In this document: positions 1 to 9,900 of the stretch, one piece after another
Layout of the letters: each line of letters opens with the position of its first letter
How positions within the stretch are numbered: position 1 is the first letter of the stretch
Source of the DNA: Myxococcota bacterium
Lineage (GTDB): Bacteria > Myxococcota > SpSt-1050
DNA length: 33,227 nucleotides
Direction of reading: 5' to 3'
NCBI GenBank assembly: GCA_049969675.1
Contig: JBMFOP010000026.1
Span: 1 to 33,227, forward strand
Notes under the pieces: generated by a model
What the model was told of the DNA's origin: nothing
The model's database searches: none
The model's input: the letters and a program-made list of their open reading frames with translations, nothing else
Translations under genes and position numbers: made by a program

Positions 1-126
1 GCAGGGTGATTTTAGTTGCTTGGGGCAATTAGTAGCAATAAATTTCAAACGGGGTTTAGCATACAAGAATTTTGGGGAATGAATAAATTCTTAGAGACAC
101 AACCAATTGTGCCAGATGTAGCAATT

Positions 127-154
127 GTAGGGGCTAATGATTATTGACCCTTAC
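127..154. repeat. GTAG-type REP-like imperfect palindrome (GTAGGGGCTAATGATTATTGACCCTTAC)
   Basis: Starts with GTAG, ends TTAC; the arms GTAGGGGCTAAT / ATTGACCCTTAC pair imperfectly. Intergenic. Resembles REPs associated with RAYT transposases. Single copy in window. Confidence 0.5.
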
Positions 155-422
155 TTTAAAAGATAATTTTAGTTGGAAAGCATTTTAATTGGTAATGAGG
201 AGAAGGAGGTAATCTGATTTTGCAAATATAGATTTACGCGTCCAGAATCCTTAAATATTTAATTTATCATTATAAACATTTTGGATGGAAATGAGTATTG
301 GATTTTATTGAGTGGTTTCTGTATGAAAAAAATGGCATAGTTTGTAATTTAAAAATTTTGTCTTTTGCCAGAGGGGTGTCTGATGTAATAGATTAAGGCT
401 TCGGACTGAGGAGGTCTTGATT

Positions 423-2690
423 ATGAGGAATGTATTATTATCTATGCCTTTTTTAATAATTTTAATATCAAATCTTTATGCCGATAATGGACTTAGTGTA
501 ACCCTTGAAGAGGTTCAGAGGGCTATTATTGAGAACAATCTATATTGGACGGCTTCAGAGACAATCTATACAAAGATGACCCCTGAGCAGAGGAAGTCCG
601 TATTTGGTCTCATTATCCCACGGGGATACAAGTCGCCCAAAAGTAATATTGCATCTACATTGAAGATGTCGCTTCCAGCCACATTTGATTGGAGAAATAA
701 TAATGGGAATTATGTGACTACTCCAAAGGATCAGGGGTATTGTGGGAGTTGCTGGGCATTTGCCTCAACCGGTGCCATTGAATCAAAGTATATGATTACA
801 AAGAAGTCACCCGGACTGAATATAGACCTTGCAGAGCAGATTCTTGTCTCCTGTGATATGTCTAATTATGGTTGTAATGGCGGTCTGCTTGCAAATGCAG
901 CATCATTTTTACAGGATAGTGGCATATATACTGAGTCCTGTTTCCCATACAACCCATCAACTTCAGACCCATCTTCAACAAGATGTTCTAAAGCCTGTGC
1001 AGATTACAGGAATAAAGTTAAATATTATAAGATTAAAGACTTTATTGGTGTTGCTCAGGATGTAAATGAGATTAAAGCTGCTGTATATCAATATGGCCCT
1101 GTGCCGGTCGGGATGATAGCGTGTGATGACTATCAATATTACAATAGCGGGGTATATAAGCATAGGAGTGGAAGTTGTAGCCCTGATTCAGGGCATGGGG
1201 TGCTTGTGGTTGGCTGGGATGATTATAATAACTGTTTTATCGTGAAGAATAGTGGTGGTAGATATTGGGGAGAGAATGGCTATTTCAGGATAGATTATAG
1301 TGAGGTAAGGGATTGCTATGATTCTTCTCGTGAAACCTTTACCTGCACGAGCTTCGGTCAGATGGGAGTTGCATATGGAGATGTGGTGACTGATGCAGAT
1401 GCAGTTCAGGTTACCATTGCAACTGACCCAACCAGTCTAGAGCTAAATATTGATAATACTGTCTTTAAAGCACCGAAGACTTTTACCTGGATAGCAGGTT
1501 CATCGCATAGTGTAAATGTAAAGCCAGAGCAGAAGAGTGCCGATGGAAGATACAAATACTATTTTGATTCACGCTCAGATGGGAAAAATATGCTGGATGT
1601 AATAATTGCCCCATCTGTATCGTCTACAATTACATTTAAGTTTAAGACTCAGTATCAATTTAAGACCTCACTATCTGATGTAAATGCCGGAAAGGTGAGT
1701 CCCTACTGTTCCCCTGAGTGCTGGCTGGATCCAAATTCACCAATTACTCTATCAGCGACTGCAAATGCTGGCTACGAATTTACCGGTTTTACTGGCGATA
1801 TAACTACTACACAGAATCCGTATCAATTTACTATGTCAAAACCAACCTCAGTAGTTGCCAACTTTAAGAAGAGTTCGGTTACGACATATACAATCACGGC
1901 ATCTGCCGGTTCAAATGGGAAGATAGAGCCATCAGGGATAGTAAATGTCCCTCAGGGTGGTTCTCAGACCTTCATTATTACACCCAATCAGGGATATCAT
2001 ATTGACAGATTGCTTGTTGACGGGAATCAGGTTGCAAGTACAAACTCTTATACATTCTCAAATGTCACTTCAAATCACACAATCAGTGTCGCTTTCGCGC
2101 TCAATTCTGTTGAGACATATAAGATTGTTGCACAGGCTGGGGAGGGTGGAAGTATCTCGCCTTCAGGGACTATAACAGTGAGTAAGGGAGGGAGTCAGAG
2201 ATTTACTATTACTCCGTACTCCCAATATGCAATACAGAATGTTCTGGTAGATGGCAAATCACAGGGGAAGATATCCAGTTATACATTCTCAGGTGTAACG
2301 GCGGATCATCAAATTTATGCGGCATTTGAAAAGGTCTCTACACAGAAAGAGTATAAGAAGTTGAGCATTACATATAAAGGGAATGGAGGTGGAACAGTCT
2401 ATTCATATCCCTCTCAACTGAATTGCACAAAAGATTGTTCGGGTTGGTTTGAAAAAGGTGTTCAGGTGGTACTTACTGCTATACCTGATTCAAAGTCCAA
2501 CTTTGAGGGATGGAATATCGGGAGCTGTGGGAAGAATAAATCCTGCACAATCAGGATGGATTATGATATGCCAGTTACAGCCTATTTCTCCTTAAAAGAA
2601 GGGCAGATAGTTGATGATGGGAATACTGCTGAGAGTGCAAATGGAGAGGTCGTCCCTTCATCGGGCTGTAGTTGTTCGTATATAGAGTAA
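423..2690 (+). CDS. Secreted papain-family (C1A) cysteine protease with InlB-B-like/Ig-like repeats and C-terminal GCxC tail
   Basis: Signal peptide; LPATFDWR, DQGYCGSCWAF (Gln, catalytic Cys), GHGVLVVGW (His), KNS (Asn). Two TYxIxAxAG..G.I.PSG...YTFS.VT..H.I...F repeats; ends GCSCSYIE. ATG 423 preferred over TTG 417 because of GAGGAGG spacing. Confidence 0.9.
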   Translation: MRNVLLSMPFLIILISNLYADNGLSVTLEEVQRAIIENNLYWTASETIYTKMTPEQRKSVFGLIIPRGYKSPKSNIASTLKMSLPATFDWRNNNGNYVTTPKDQGYCGSCWAFASTGAIESKYMITKKSPGLNIDLAEQILVSCDMSNYGCNGGLLANAASFLQDSGIYTESCFPYNPSTSDPSSTRCSKACADYRNKVKYYKIKDFIGVAQDVNEIKAAVYQYGPVPVGMIACDDYQYYNSGVYKHRSGSCSPDSGHGVLVVGWDDYNNCFIVKNSGGRYWGENGYFRIDYSEVRDCYDSSRETFTCTSFGQMGVAYGDVVTDADAVQVTIATDPTSLELNIDNTVFKAPKTFTWIAGSSHSVNVKPEQKSADGRYKYYFDSRSDGKNMLDVIIAPSVSSTITFKFKTQYQFKTSLSDVNAGKVSPYCSPECWLDPNSPITLSATANAGYEFTGFTGDITTTQNPYQFTMSKPTSVVANFKKSSVTTYTITASAGSNGKIEPSGIVNVPQGGSQTFIITPNQGYHIDRLLVDGNQVASTNSYTFSNVTSNHTISVAFALNSVETYKIVAQAGEGGSISPSGTITVSKGGSQRFTITPYSQYAIQNVLVDGKSQGKISSYTFSGVTADHQIYAAFEKVSTQKEYKKLSITYKGNGGGTVYSYPSQLNCTKDCSGWFEKGVQVVLTAIPDSKSNFEGWNIGSCGKNKSCTIRMDYDMPVTAYFSLKEGQIVDDGNTAESANGEVVPSSGCSCSYIE

Positions 2691-2692
2691 TT

Positions 2693-3391
2693 TTATTTCA
2701 GTGGTCTCATATACTTCTTGCTATTGGGGAAGAGTCTCTTTATTCTATCTGCAATCTTCCTCTCCTTCTCTTTCTGACCTGTTTTTTGATAAAATTCTCT
2801 TAACTTTGTGAGATATAATTCGTTTTCTGGATGATTATTTACAAGTCCTAATATCTCCTTTTCAGCCCTCATATATTCCTTATTTTCTGAAAGCAGATTG
2901 ATAATCTTTAATATAAGTGTGCTGCTTCTCATCTCAACTGGAATTGATTCATAATAAGAGATTGCTGATTTAAAATCGCCTTTATCGGCATAGATTGAGC
3001 AGGCTCTAATCAGGGCATCTGTATAAGCCGGTCTGAGGGCAATTGCCTTATCGTATAGTTTGAGTGCCTCATCTGGTTTCTTCCCTTCGAGGAATAGCCC
3101 TTTATAAAAGTAGAATCTGGGATTATCTATCAGAAGTCCCTCTGCTTTGATGAGATTCTCTGATATCTCATCTTCAGGGCATTCAATATATATACAATTT
3201 GCCGCATACTCCAGATAAAACAGCCCCCAATCGGTATATTTGACTGTCAACTCCTTTAATAGTCGCCTCGCCTCCATCCTCTTCCCCTGTTCAATAAGTG
3301 TTAGTGCTTCTTTGTATTGTGCGAGAGGTTCGGTGGCATATAAATTCCCAGAAATAATCAGGGCAAATATTATTGAGAGGAATCTTTTCAC
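2693..3391 (-). CDS. TPR-repeat protein with signal peptide
   Basis: TPR-like helices (YFYKGLFLEGKKPDEALKLYDKAIALRP); hydrophobic N-terminus; GTG start. Confidence 0.8.
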   Translation of the reverse strand: MKRFLSIIFALIISGNLYATEPLAQYKEALTLIEQGKRMEARRLLKELTVKYTDWGLFYLEYAANCIYIECPEDEISENLIKAEGLLIDNPRFYFYKGLFLEGKKPDEALKLYDKAIALRPAYTDALIRACSIYADKGDFKSAISYYESIPVEMRSSTLILKIINLLSENKEYMRAEKEILGLVNNHPENELYLTKLREFYQKTGQKEKERKIADRIKRLFPNSKKYMRPLK

Positions 3392-3401
3392 AAAAGAGGC
3401 A

Positions 3402-4496
3402 TTAAATTACCTGTTCAACCCACTCATAAGGGTCGGGCTTTAAGCCGTATTGCAGGTCCTGAATGTAATCAAACAACTTCTTTGAAAGTTCACCTACCTG
3501 ATTGTTGGCGATTGAATAGTTCTTTCCTTTATAGTAGAGTTCTCCAACTGGTGAGATAATTGCTGCTGTGCCGGTTCCAAATATCTCCTTTACCTCTCCC
3601 TTTTCTATGTGATGAATGAGTTCATCAATTGATAAGAGCCTCTCAGAGACCTTATACCCCCAATCTCGGGCAATCCTGATGACCGAATCGCGGGTGATAC
3701 CGGGGAGAATTGAACCGGTGAGTGGAGAGGTAATAATTTCATCATTGATGTAGAAGAATATATTCATTGTCCCTACTTCCTCTACATATCTCATATTTAT
3801 TGCATCCAGCCACAAAACCTGTGTAAATCCGAGTTGTTTTGCCTCCTCAGCTGCATACAGGCTATGGGCATAATTTGCGGCGGTCTTTGCCTCTCCCAAT
3901 CCACCTCTTACGGCCCTTACATACTTATCTGCGACATATATCTTGACTGGATTGAATCCCCCTGGATAATATGACCCGACGGGACCGACTATGATAAAAA
4001 ACAGATAAGTGTTTGAGGGCCTGACTCCGAGTGCTGGCTCTGTGGCAATCATTGTTGGTCTGATATAGAGTGCCCTCCCTGTCCCGTATGGTATCCAATC
4101 TTTTTCAATCTTGATCAACTCCTTTAGTCCCTTCAGTGCGGAATCTATATCTATTCGTGGCATACAGAGTCTCTTCGCAGACCTGTTAAATCTCTCAAAA
4201 TTATTTCTGGCTCTGAATAAATATATATGGTCATCTTTCCCTCTATATGCCTTCAAACCTTCAAATATTGCCTGCCCATAGTGGAATACCATCGCAGCCG
4301 GGTCCATTGGTAGCTCAGCATAAGGCACAATTCTTGCGTTATTCCAGCCATGGTCTTTGGTATAGTCCATCAGAAACATATGGTCAGAAAAATACTTTCC
4401 AAATCCGAGTTCATCCTTTTCATTCTCCTCATATTTTAATTTTGGTTTTGGTTTTAACTGGCTCTCCGGCCTCTTTTCAATTTTGATATTTATCAT
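3402..4496 (-). CDS. ilvE: Branched-chain amino acid aminotransferase
   Basis: FHYGQAIFEGLKAY, LYIRP, AKTAANY (PLP Lys), EEVGTMNIFF, ILPGITRDSV, FGTGTAA; AGGAGG RBS. Confidence 0.96.
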   Translation of the reverse strand: MINIKIEKRPESQLKPKPKLKYEENEKDELGFGKYFSDHMFLMDYTKDHGWNNARIVPYAELPMDPAAMVFHYGQAIFEGLKAYRGKDDHIYLFRARNNFERFNRSAKRLCMPRIDIDSALKGLKELIKIEKDWIPYGTGRALYIRPTMIATEPALGVRPSNTYLFFIIVGPVGSYYPGGFNPVKIYVADKYVRAVRGGLGEAKTAANYAHSLYAAEEAKQLGFTQVLWLDAINMRYVEEVGTMNIFFYINDEIITSPLTGSILPGITRDSVIRIARDWGYKVSERLLSIDELIHHIEKGEVKEIFGTGTAAIISPVGELYYKGKNYSIANNQVGELSKKLFDYIQDLQYGLKPDPYEWVEQVI

Positions 4497-4687
4497 TGAT
4501 ATTCCTCCTGAAAGAAGATAAGGATTTTATTAAGATGTAATCTTCGCTCTGTCAATCTTAAAAAGGCATAAAAAAAAATATTGTCATTTTGCGAAAATTT
4601 TAGATTTAAAATTTTATCTATTATCATTGACAGGGAGGCAATTTTATTCTTACTTATTACCCGCTATCTAACTCAGGAGGACTGTGT

Positions 4688-5176
4688 ATGCAGACAAATG
4701 GAGAGTTTAAGTTTTTTGGGAGGGAGACCGTGGAACATACAATGGGTGACCCCTCTCAGGTAATTCCACTTCTGCAGATGGTACAGGAGAAGGAGGGTTA
4801 TGTGCCTGAGAGAGCCATTGAGGAGATATCTGAAATCACGGGAGTCTCTGTAAGTAATATATTCTCTGTAATTACCTTCTATAAGCAGTTTCGTCTAAGA
4901 CCACCCGGAAAATTTATAATAAGGGTCTGCGATGGAACGGCCTGTCATGTAAATGGTGCAAGGACCCTTCTGGATATACTCAATGATGAATTAAGACTTG
5001 AAGGTAGCGATACCACAGAGGATGGGCTATTTACAGTTATGCCAGTCGCCTGTCTGGGCTGCTGTTCCCTTGCTCCAGTTATTATGGTCGGTGAGGATAC
5101 ACACGGAAAACTAACGCCACAGAAGCTCAGAAGGATTATCAGGGATTACCAGAAGAAGGGCAAAGAGAGTAACTAA
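4688..5176 (+). CDS. nuoE: NuoE/HydC-like [2Fe-2S] subunit (BfuC/NfnC-like)
   Basis: VCDGTACH...ACLGCC thioredoxin-like 2Fe-2S motif; TFYKQF; AGGAGG RBS. Confidence 0.9.
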   Translation: MQTNGEFKFFGRETVEHTMGDPSQVIPLLQMVQEKEGYVPERAIEEISEITGVSVSNIFSVITFYKQFRLRPPGKFIIRVCDGTACHVNGARTLLDILNDELRLEGSDTTEDGLFTVMPVACLGCCSLAPVIMVGEDTHGKLTPQKLRRIIRDYQKKGKESN

Positions 5177-5187
5177 AAGGAGGAAAG

Positions 5188-6951
5188 ATGTATAAGATAA
5201 CAGTAGGGATGGCTACCTGCGGCATCTCTGCAGGGGCTGACAGGGTTTATAAATCATTGGAGAGTCTATTAAAGGGTAAGGCAGATGTATCATTGCATAC
5301 AACAGGGTGTATGGGGATGTGTTATAAAGAGCCTCTTGTTGAGATATTTGATGGTAAGACAAAATATCTATATGGAGATGTGGATGAGAAGAAGGCTCAG
5401 AAGATATTTGAGTCTCATATTGTAAATAATATCCCTGTTGAAGAGCTGATTGTCCTCAGGGATTATAAGAGTGGAACAGAGCAGGAGTTTAATGAGAGAC
5501 AGTATAAGATTGTGCTACGAAATTGTGGAATGATTGACCCCGATTCAATAGAAGAATATGAATTGAGAGATGGATACAAAGCAATAAAGAAGGTCCTCTC
5601 CTCAATGACACAGGATGAGGTGATTGATGTGATACTTAAATCTGGACTCAGGGGAAGAGGTGGGGCTGGCTTTCTGACGGGCCAGAAGTGGAAATTTGCA
5701 AAATCATCTATTGCTGACCAGAAATATGTAATTTGCAATGCTGATGAAGGGGACCCGGGCGCCTTTATGGATAGGTCTGTGCTGGAGGGGGACCCTCACT
5801 CCGTGATAGAGGGTATGATGATATGTGGATATGCAATAGGTGCCACTCAGGGTTATATTTATTGCAGGGCTGAATATCCGCTCGCGGTTAAGAGATTAAA
5901 GAAGGCGATTAAGTTGCTTGAGGAGCGAGGTTATCTGGGAGATAACCTATTCGGTTCCAACTTCTCGTTCAGGATAAAACTGAAAGAGGGTGCAGGAGCC
6001 TTTGTCTGCGGTGAGGAGACAGCGTTGATGCAATCCATTGAAGGGAAGAGAGGGACGCCGAGACCGAGGCCACCGTATCCAGCAGTGAAAGGACTATGGG
6101 GGAAGCCGACCAATATAAACAATGTTGAGACATTTGCAAATGTACCTTGGATTATACTGAATGGTTGGGAGAAGTTTGCCTCTATGGGAACGGAGAAGAG
6201 CAAGGGGACCAAGGTCTTTGCAATAGCGGGGAAGGCGGTGAGGACCGGACTGGTTGAGGTCCCAATGGGTATTACCATCAGGGATGTGGTCTTCAATGTG
6301 TGTGGTGGGATAAAGGATGGGAAGAAGTTCAAGGCGGTTCAGATGGGCGGACCATCGGGTGGTTGTATACCCGAATCCCTTGCAGATACACAGATTGATT
6401 ATGAGCAGATTACAAAGACCGGTGCGATAATGGGCTCCGGTGGACTGGTTGTAATGGACGAAACTACCTGTATGGTGGAGATGGCGAGATTCTTTCTAAA
6501 CTTTACTCAACTTGAGTCCTGTGGAAAATGCACATCCTGTCGTATAGGGACATTGAGAATGCTTGAAATCCTGGAGAGGATTGTATCCGGTAAAGGTGAG
6601 GAACAGGATATAGAGAGATTACAGGAACTTGGGGATTTTATCAAGAAGACCTCTCAGTGCGGACTCGGACAGACGGCGCCCAATCCAGTGCTTACAACAA
6701 TTAAGTACTTCCGTGATGAATATGAGGCACATATAAAGGAGAAGAGATGTCCAGCACATTCCTGTGGTGCACTCGTAAAATATACTATCATTCCAGAGAA
6801 ATGCACGGGTTGTATGATATGTGCCAGACAGTGTCCGGCGAGTTGCATAAGTGGAGAGAAGAAGAAGCCACATGTAATAGACCAGAGTAGGTGTACGAGG
6901 TGTGGTAAGTGCTTCACAGTCTGTACATTTGATGCAATCTACAAGGATTAA
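5188..6951 (+). CDS. nuoF: NuoF/HydB-like FMN/NADH-binding subunit with N-terminal thioredoxin-like domain and C-terminal 2x[4Fe-4S] (BfuB/NfnB-like)
   Basis: SGLRGRGGAGF, CNADEGDPGAFMDRS, GAGAFVCGEETAL, GGPSGGC, ESCGKCTSCR, CTGCMICARQC, CTRCGKCFTVC. Confidence 0.92.
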   Translation: MYKITVGMATCGISAGADRVYKSLESLLKGKADVSLHTTGCMGMCYKEPLVEIFDGKTKYLYGDVDEKKAQKIFESHIVNNIPVEELIVLRDYKSGTEQEFNERQYKIVLRNCGMIDPDSIEEYELRDGYKAIKKVLSSMTQDEVIDVILKSGLRGRGGAGFLTGQKWKFAKSSIADQKYVICNADEGDPGAFMDRSVLEGDPHSVIEGMMICGYAIGATQGYIYCRAEYPLAVKRLKKAIKLLEERGYLGDNLFGSNFSFRIKLKEGAGAFVCGEETALMQSIEGKRGTPRPRPPYPAVKGLWGKPTNINNVETFANVPWIILNGWEKFASMGTEKSKGTKVFAIAGKAVRTGLVEVPMGITIRDVVFNVCGGIKDGKKFKAVQMGGPSGGCIPESLADTQIDYEQITKTGAIMGSGGLVVMDETTCMVEMARFFLNFTQLESCGKCTSCRIGTLRMLEILERIVSGKGEEQDIERLQELGDFIKKTSQCGLGQTAPNPVLTTIKYFRDEYEAHIKEKRCPAHSCGALVKYTIIPEKCTGCMICARQCPASCISGEKKKPHVIDQSRCTRCGKCFTVCTFDAIYKD

Positions 6952-6963
6952 TGGAGGTTTATT

Positions 6964-9900
6964 ATGGCAAATTCAGTCAAGATTAAGATAAATGGAAAAG
7001 AGATAATTGCCGATTCATCAAAGACAATTTTAAATGTGGCGAGAGAGAACGGGATTGATATCCCTACACTCTGCTATGACCCGCGACTGCCACCTTATGG
7101 TAGCTGCCTTGTCTGTGTGGTAGAGCTCAGGAATCAAAACAGGGTGGTAATGTCCTGTACAACTCCGGTGGCTGAAGGGATGGATATCTATACAGACTCT
7201 GAGATGGCAGTTGATTCAAGAAGTAAGGCATTATCAATGTTGCTCTCAAATCACTATGCCGATTGCAGGGGACCCTGTTATGTAAATTGTCCGGCTAATG
7301 TGGATGTTCAGGGGTATCTGGCACTTGCAAATGCCGGGCTCTATTATGAGGCGCTTGAACTGATAAGGGAGACGAATCCGATGCCACTTACCTGTGGGAG
7401 GGTATGCGTCAGGTACTGTGAGGCAAACTGTCGTAGAAAGGATATAGATTCACCAGTCGCTGTAAATATTATGAAGAGGTATGTCTCCGACCTTGAATAT
7501 GACAGGCTTCCCCCGCCAAAGATTACACCCAAAAATGGTAAGAAGGTGGCGATTGTAGGAGGTGGACCGTCTGGACTCACCTGTGCATACTATCTCGCCA
7601 AGGAAGGATATTCGGTAACTATCTACGATAAGCAACCCAAACTCGGTGGTATGCTCAGATATGGAATCCCCGAATATAGACTTCCTCAGGCAGTTCTGGA
7701 TAAAGAGATAAATTATCTATTGGCTCATGGGATTGAGGCAAAAAATAATGTAAAGATTGGAACTGATATTACACTATCTCAACTCAGAAAGGAGTATGAC
7801 GCTGTCTATATAGCAGTTGGTGCGTGGGCCGCCAAGCCTATGGGGATTGAGAACGAGAATCATCCATCGGTTCTATCTGGAATAAAGTACCTTGAACAGG
7901 TCAAAAGGGATGTGCCACCTGATTTCTCTGGTAAGGTAGTGGTTGTTATCGGTGGAGGAAATACAGCGATAGATGCCTCAAGGACCGCCCTTAGATGTGG
8001 GGCAAAACATGTAGCAATCCTGTACAGAAGGACCCGTAATGAGATGCCAGCCGACCATGATGAGGTGGAGGATGCACTTGCCGAGGGAGTTGAGATTCAA
8101 TTTCTTATCGCTCCTAAGAGGGTTTTAGTAGAGGGGGAGAGGCTTAAAGGGATTGAGTGCTATAGAATGGAGCTCGGTGAACCGGATGCCTCCGGCAGGA
8201 GGAGCCCTATACCTGTTAAAGGCTCAGAATTTATCTACGAATGTGACTATATTATCTCAGCCATTGGACAGGAGCCGGTTCTGGACTTTGCTGAAAGTCT
8301 TAAGGTTACAAAGTGGAAAACAATTGAGGCAAGTCCGGAGACCTATGCCACAAATATTGAAGGTGTCTTTACAGGTGGAGATGTGTTTACCGGTCCGATG
8401 GCGGCGATAGATGCAATAGGTGCCGGGAGAAAGGCTGCAATGGTAATTGACTCTTATATCAGAACCGGTAGGATTGAAAAGTTCAAACAGGAGTTCTTAT
8501 CCAGAAAGACAGTTGTGGCAGAATTAGATAAGTCATTTTTTGAATCCCAGCCAAAGATTGAACGTACCAGAATTCCAAAGAGTGACCCGAAGGAGCGAAT
8601 ACACAACTATGAAGAGGTTGACCATATAATCACAAAGGATATGGCAGAGAGGGAGACGATGAGATGTCTCTCCTGCGGATGTAACTCTGTCTTTGATTGC
8701 GACCTGAAGGTATTCTCGGGTGAATATGCCGCGAGACAGGATCTGTATCACGGTAAGGCAAAGAGATACAAGGTAGATGATAGACATCCTTTTATCATTC
8801 TTGATGCAAACAAGTGTATTCTGTGCGGCAGATGTGTCAGATATTGTAGTGATGTAATAGGAATAAGCGCCTTAGGGTTTGTAAACAGAGGATTTGATAC
8901 TGTTGTAAAGCCGGCACTTGATAAACCTCTTCAGGAGACCACCTGTATCTCCTGTGGAAACTGCATTGAGGTCTGTCCTACAGGTGCCATTGTGCATCGG
9001 ATTATTGCCAACAGACCCGGCCCATACAGAACCATTCCAGCCGATTCTATCTGCTCTTTCTGTTCAGTTGGATGTAATATAATCGTAAACCATGTTGGCA
9101 GGGAGATATTCTACATAAATGGAAAGCAGAGAGAGAAGTACATTGAACCCGAACTCTGTGCAAAGGGTCGTTTTGGAACTTATTATATAAAAAGCAAGGA
9201 CAGATTGTATTCTCCAATTTCAAGAGGTAGCAAGACAGATATCAACAATGTCGTGGTTGAACTATCTCAGGCTCTAAAGGATATAAAGTCAGAGAGTACG
9301 GTCATTGTGGTCTCAGAGAGGATGTCTGTAGAGGAATATTATCTTATTGGAAGTATAGCCTCAAGGCTTGGTATCAAGAATATAATCTCAGCAAACGAAC
9401 TATATCAGAACAATCTGATGGTTTTAGCCGAATTTATTGGCTCAAATATTACTCTTGCCAGAAGGGATGATGTTAGTTCCTCAGAATATATCCTTATCTT
9501 TGGAAATCAGGGGACAATCTCCTATACAAAGGTGCTGGGATTTGATATCAAGAAGGCTGTATCAAATGGCGCAAAACTTATCTGGGTAGGTGAGGGCTCT
9601 CAGGAGTTCAGGAAGTATATCTCAAAGCAGATTGAGACGAAGAGGATTGCAGAGTTTGTAAATGGGGTTGTAAAGAAGTTGATAACTGATGGTAAGTTTG
9701 TAAAAGATGCACAGAAAATATCTGGATTTGAGGAACTAATGAGATTTTCATCAGAAGAGAATGAGGAGAGTGGATCTGTTGCAGAACTCCTATCAGACAG
9801 TTCAAAGAAGATTATAGCAATATACAACCCTGATTATATTTACGGAAACAATTACAATGACTTTGGTGCGATTCTCAATCTCTTAATTCTGACAGGCAGG

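Noticed and set aside
2664..2720. Stop-codon readthrough extending the GCxC tags into a normal MYXO-CTERM TM helix
   Set aside because: The four genes use different stops (TAA, TGA, TAA, TGA) in the same register. The one at 2690 abuts a convergent gene and the one at 26012 overlaps the next ATG.
4520..4660. TTGACA hexamers on both strands of the ilvE/nuoE divergent region
   Set aside because: No good -10 at 16-18 bp spacing, so promoters were not called.
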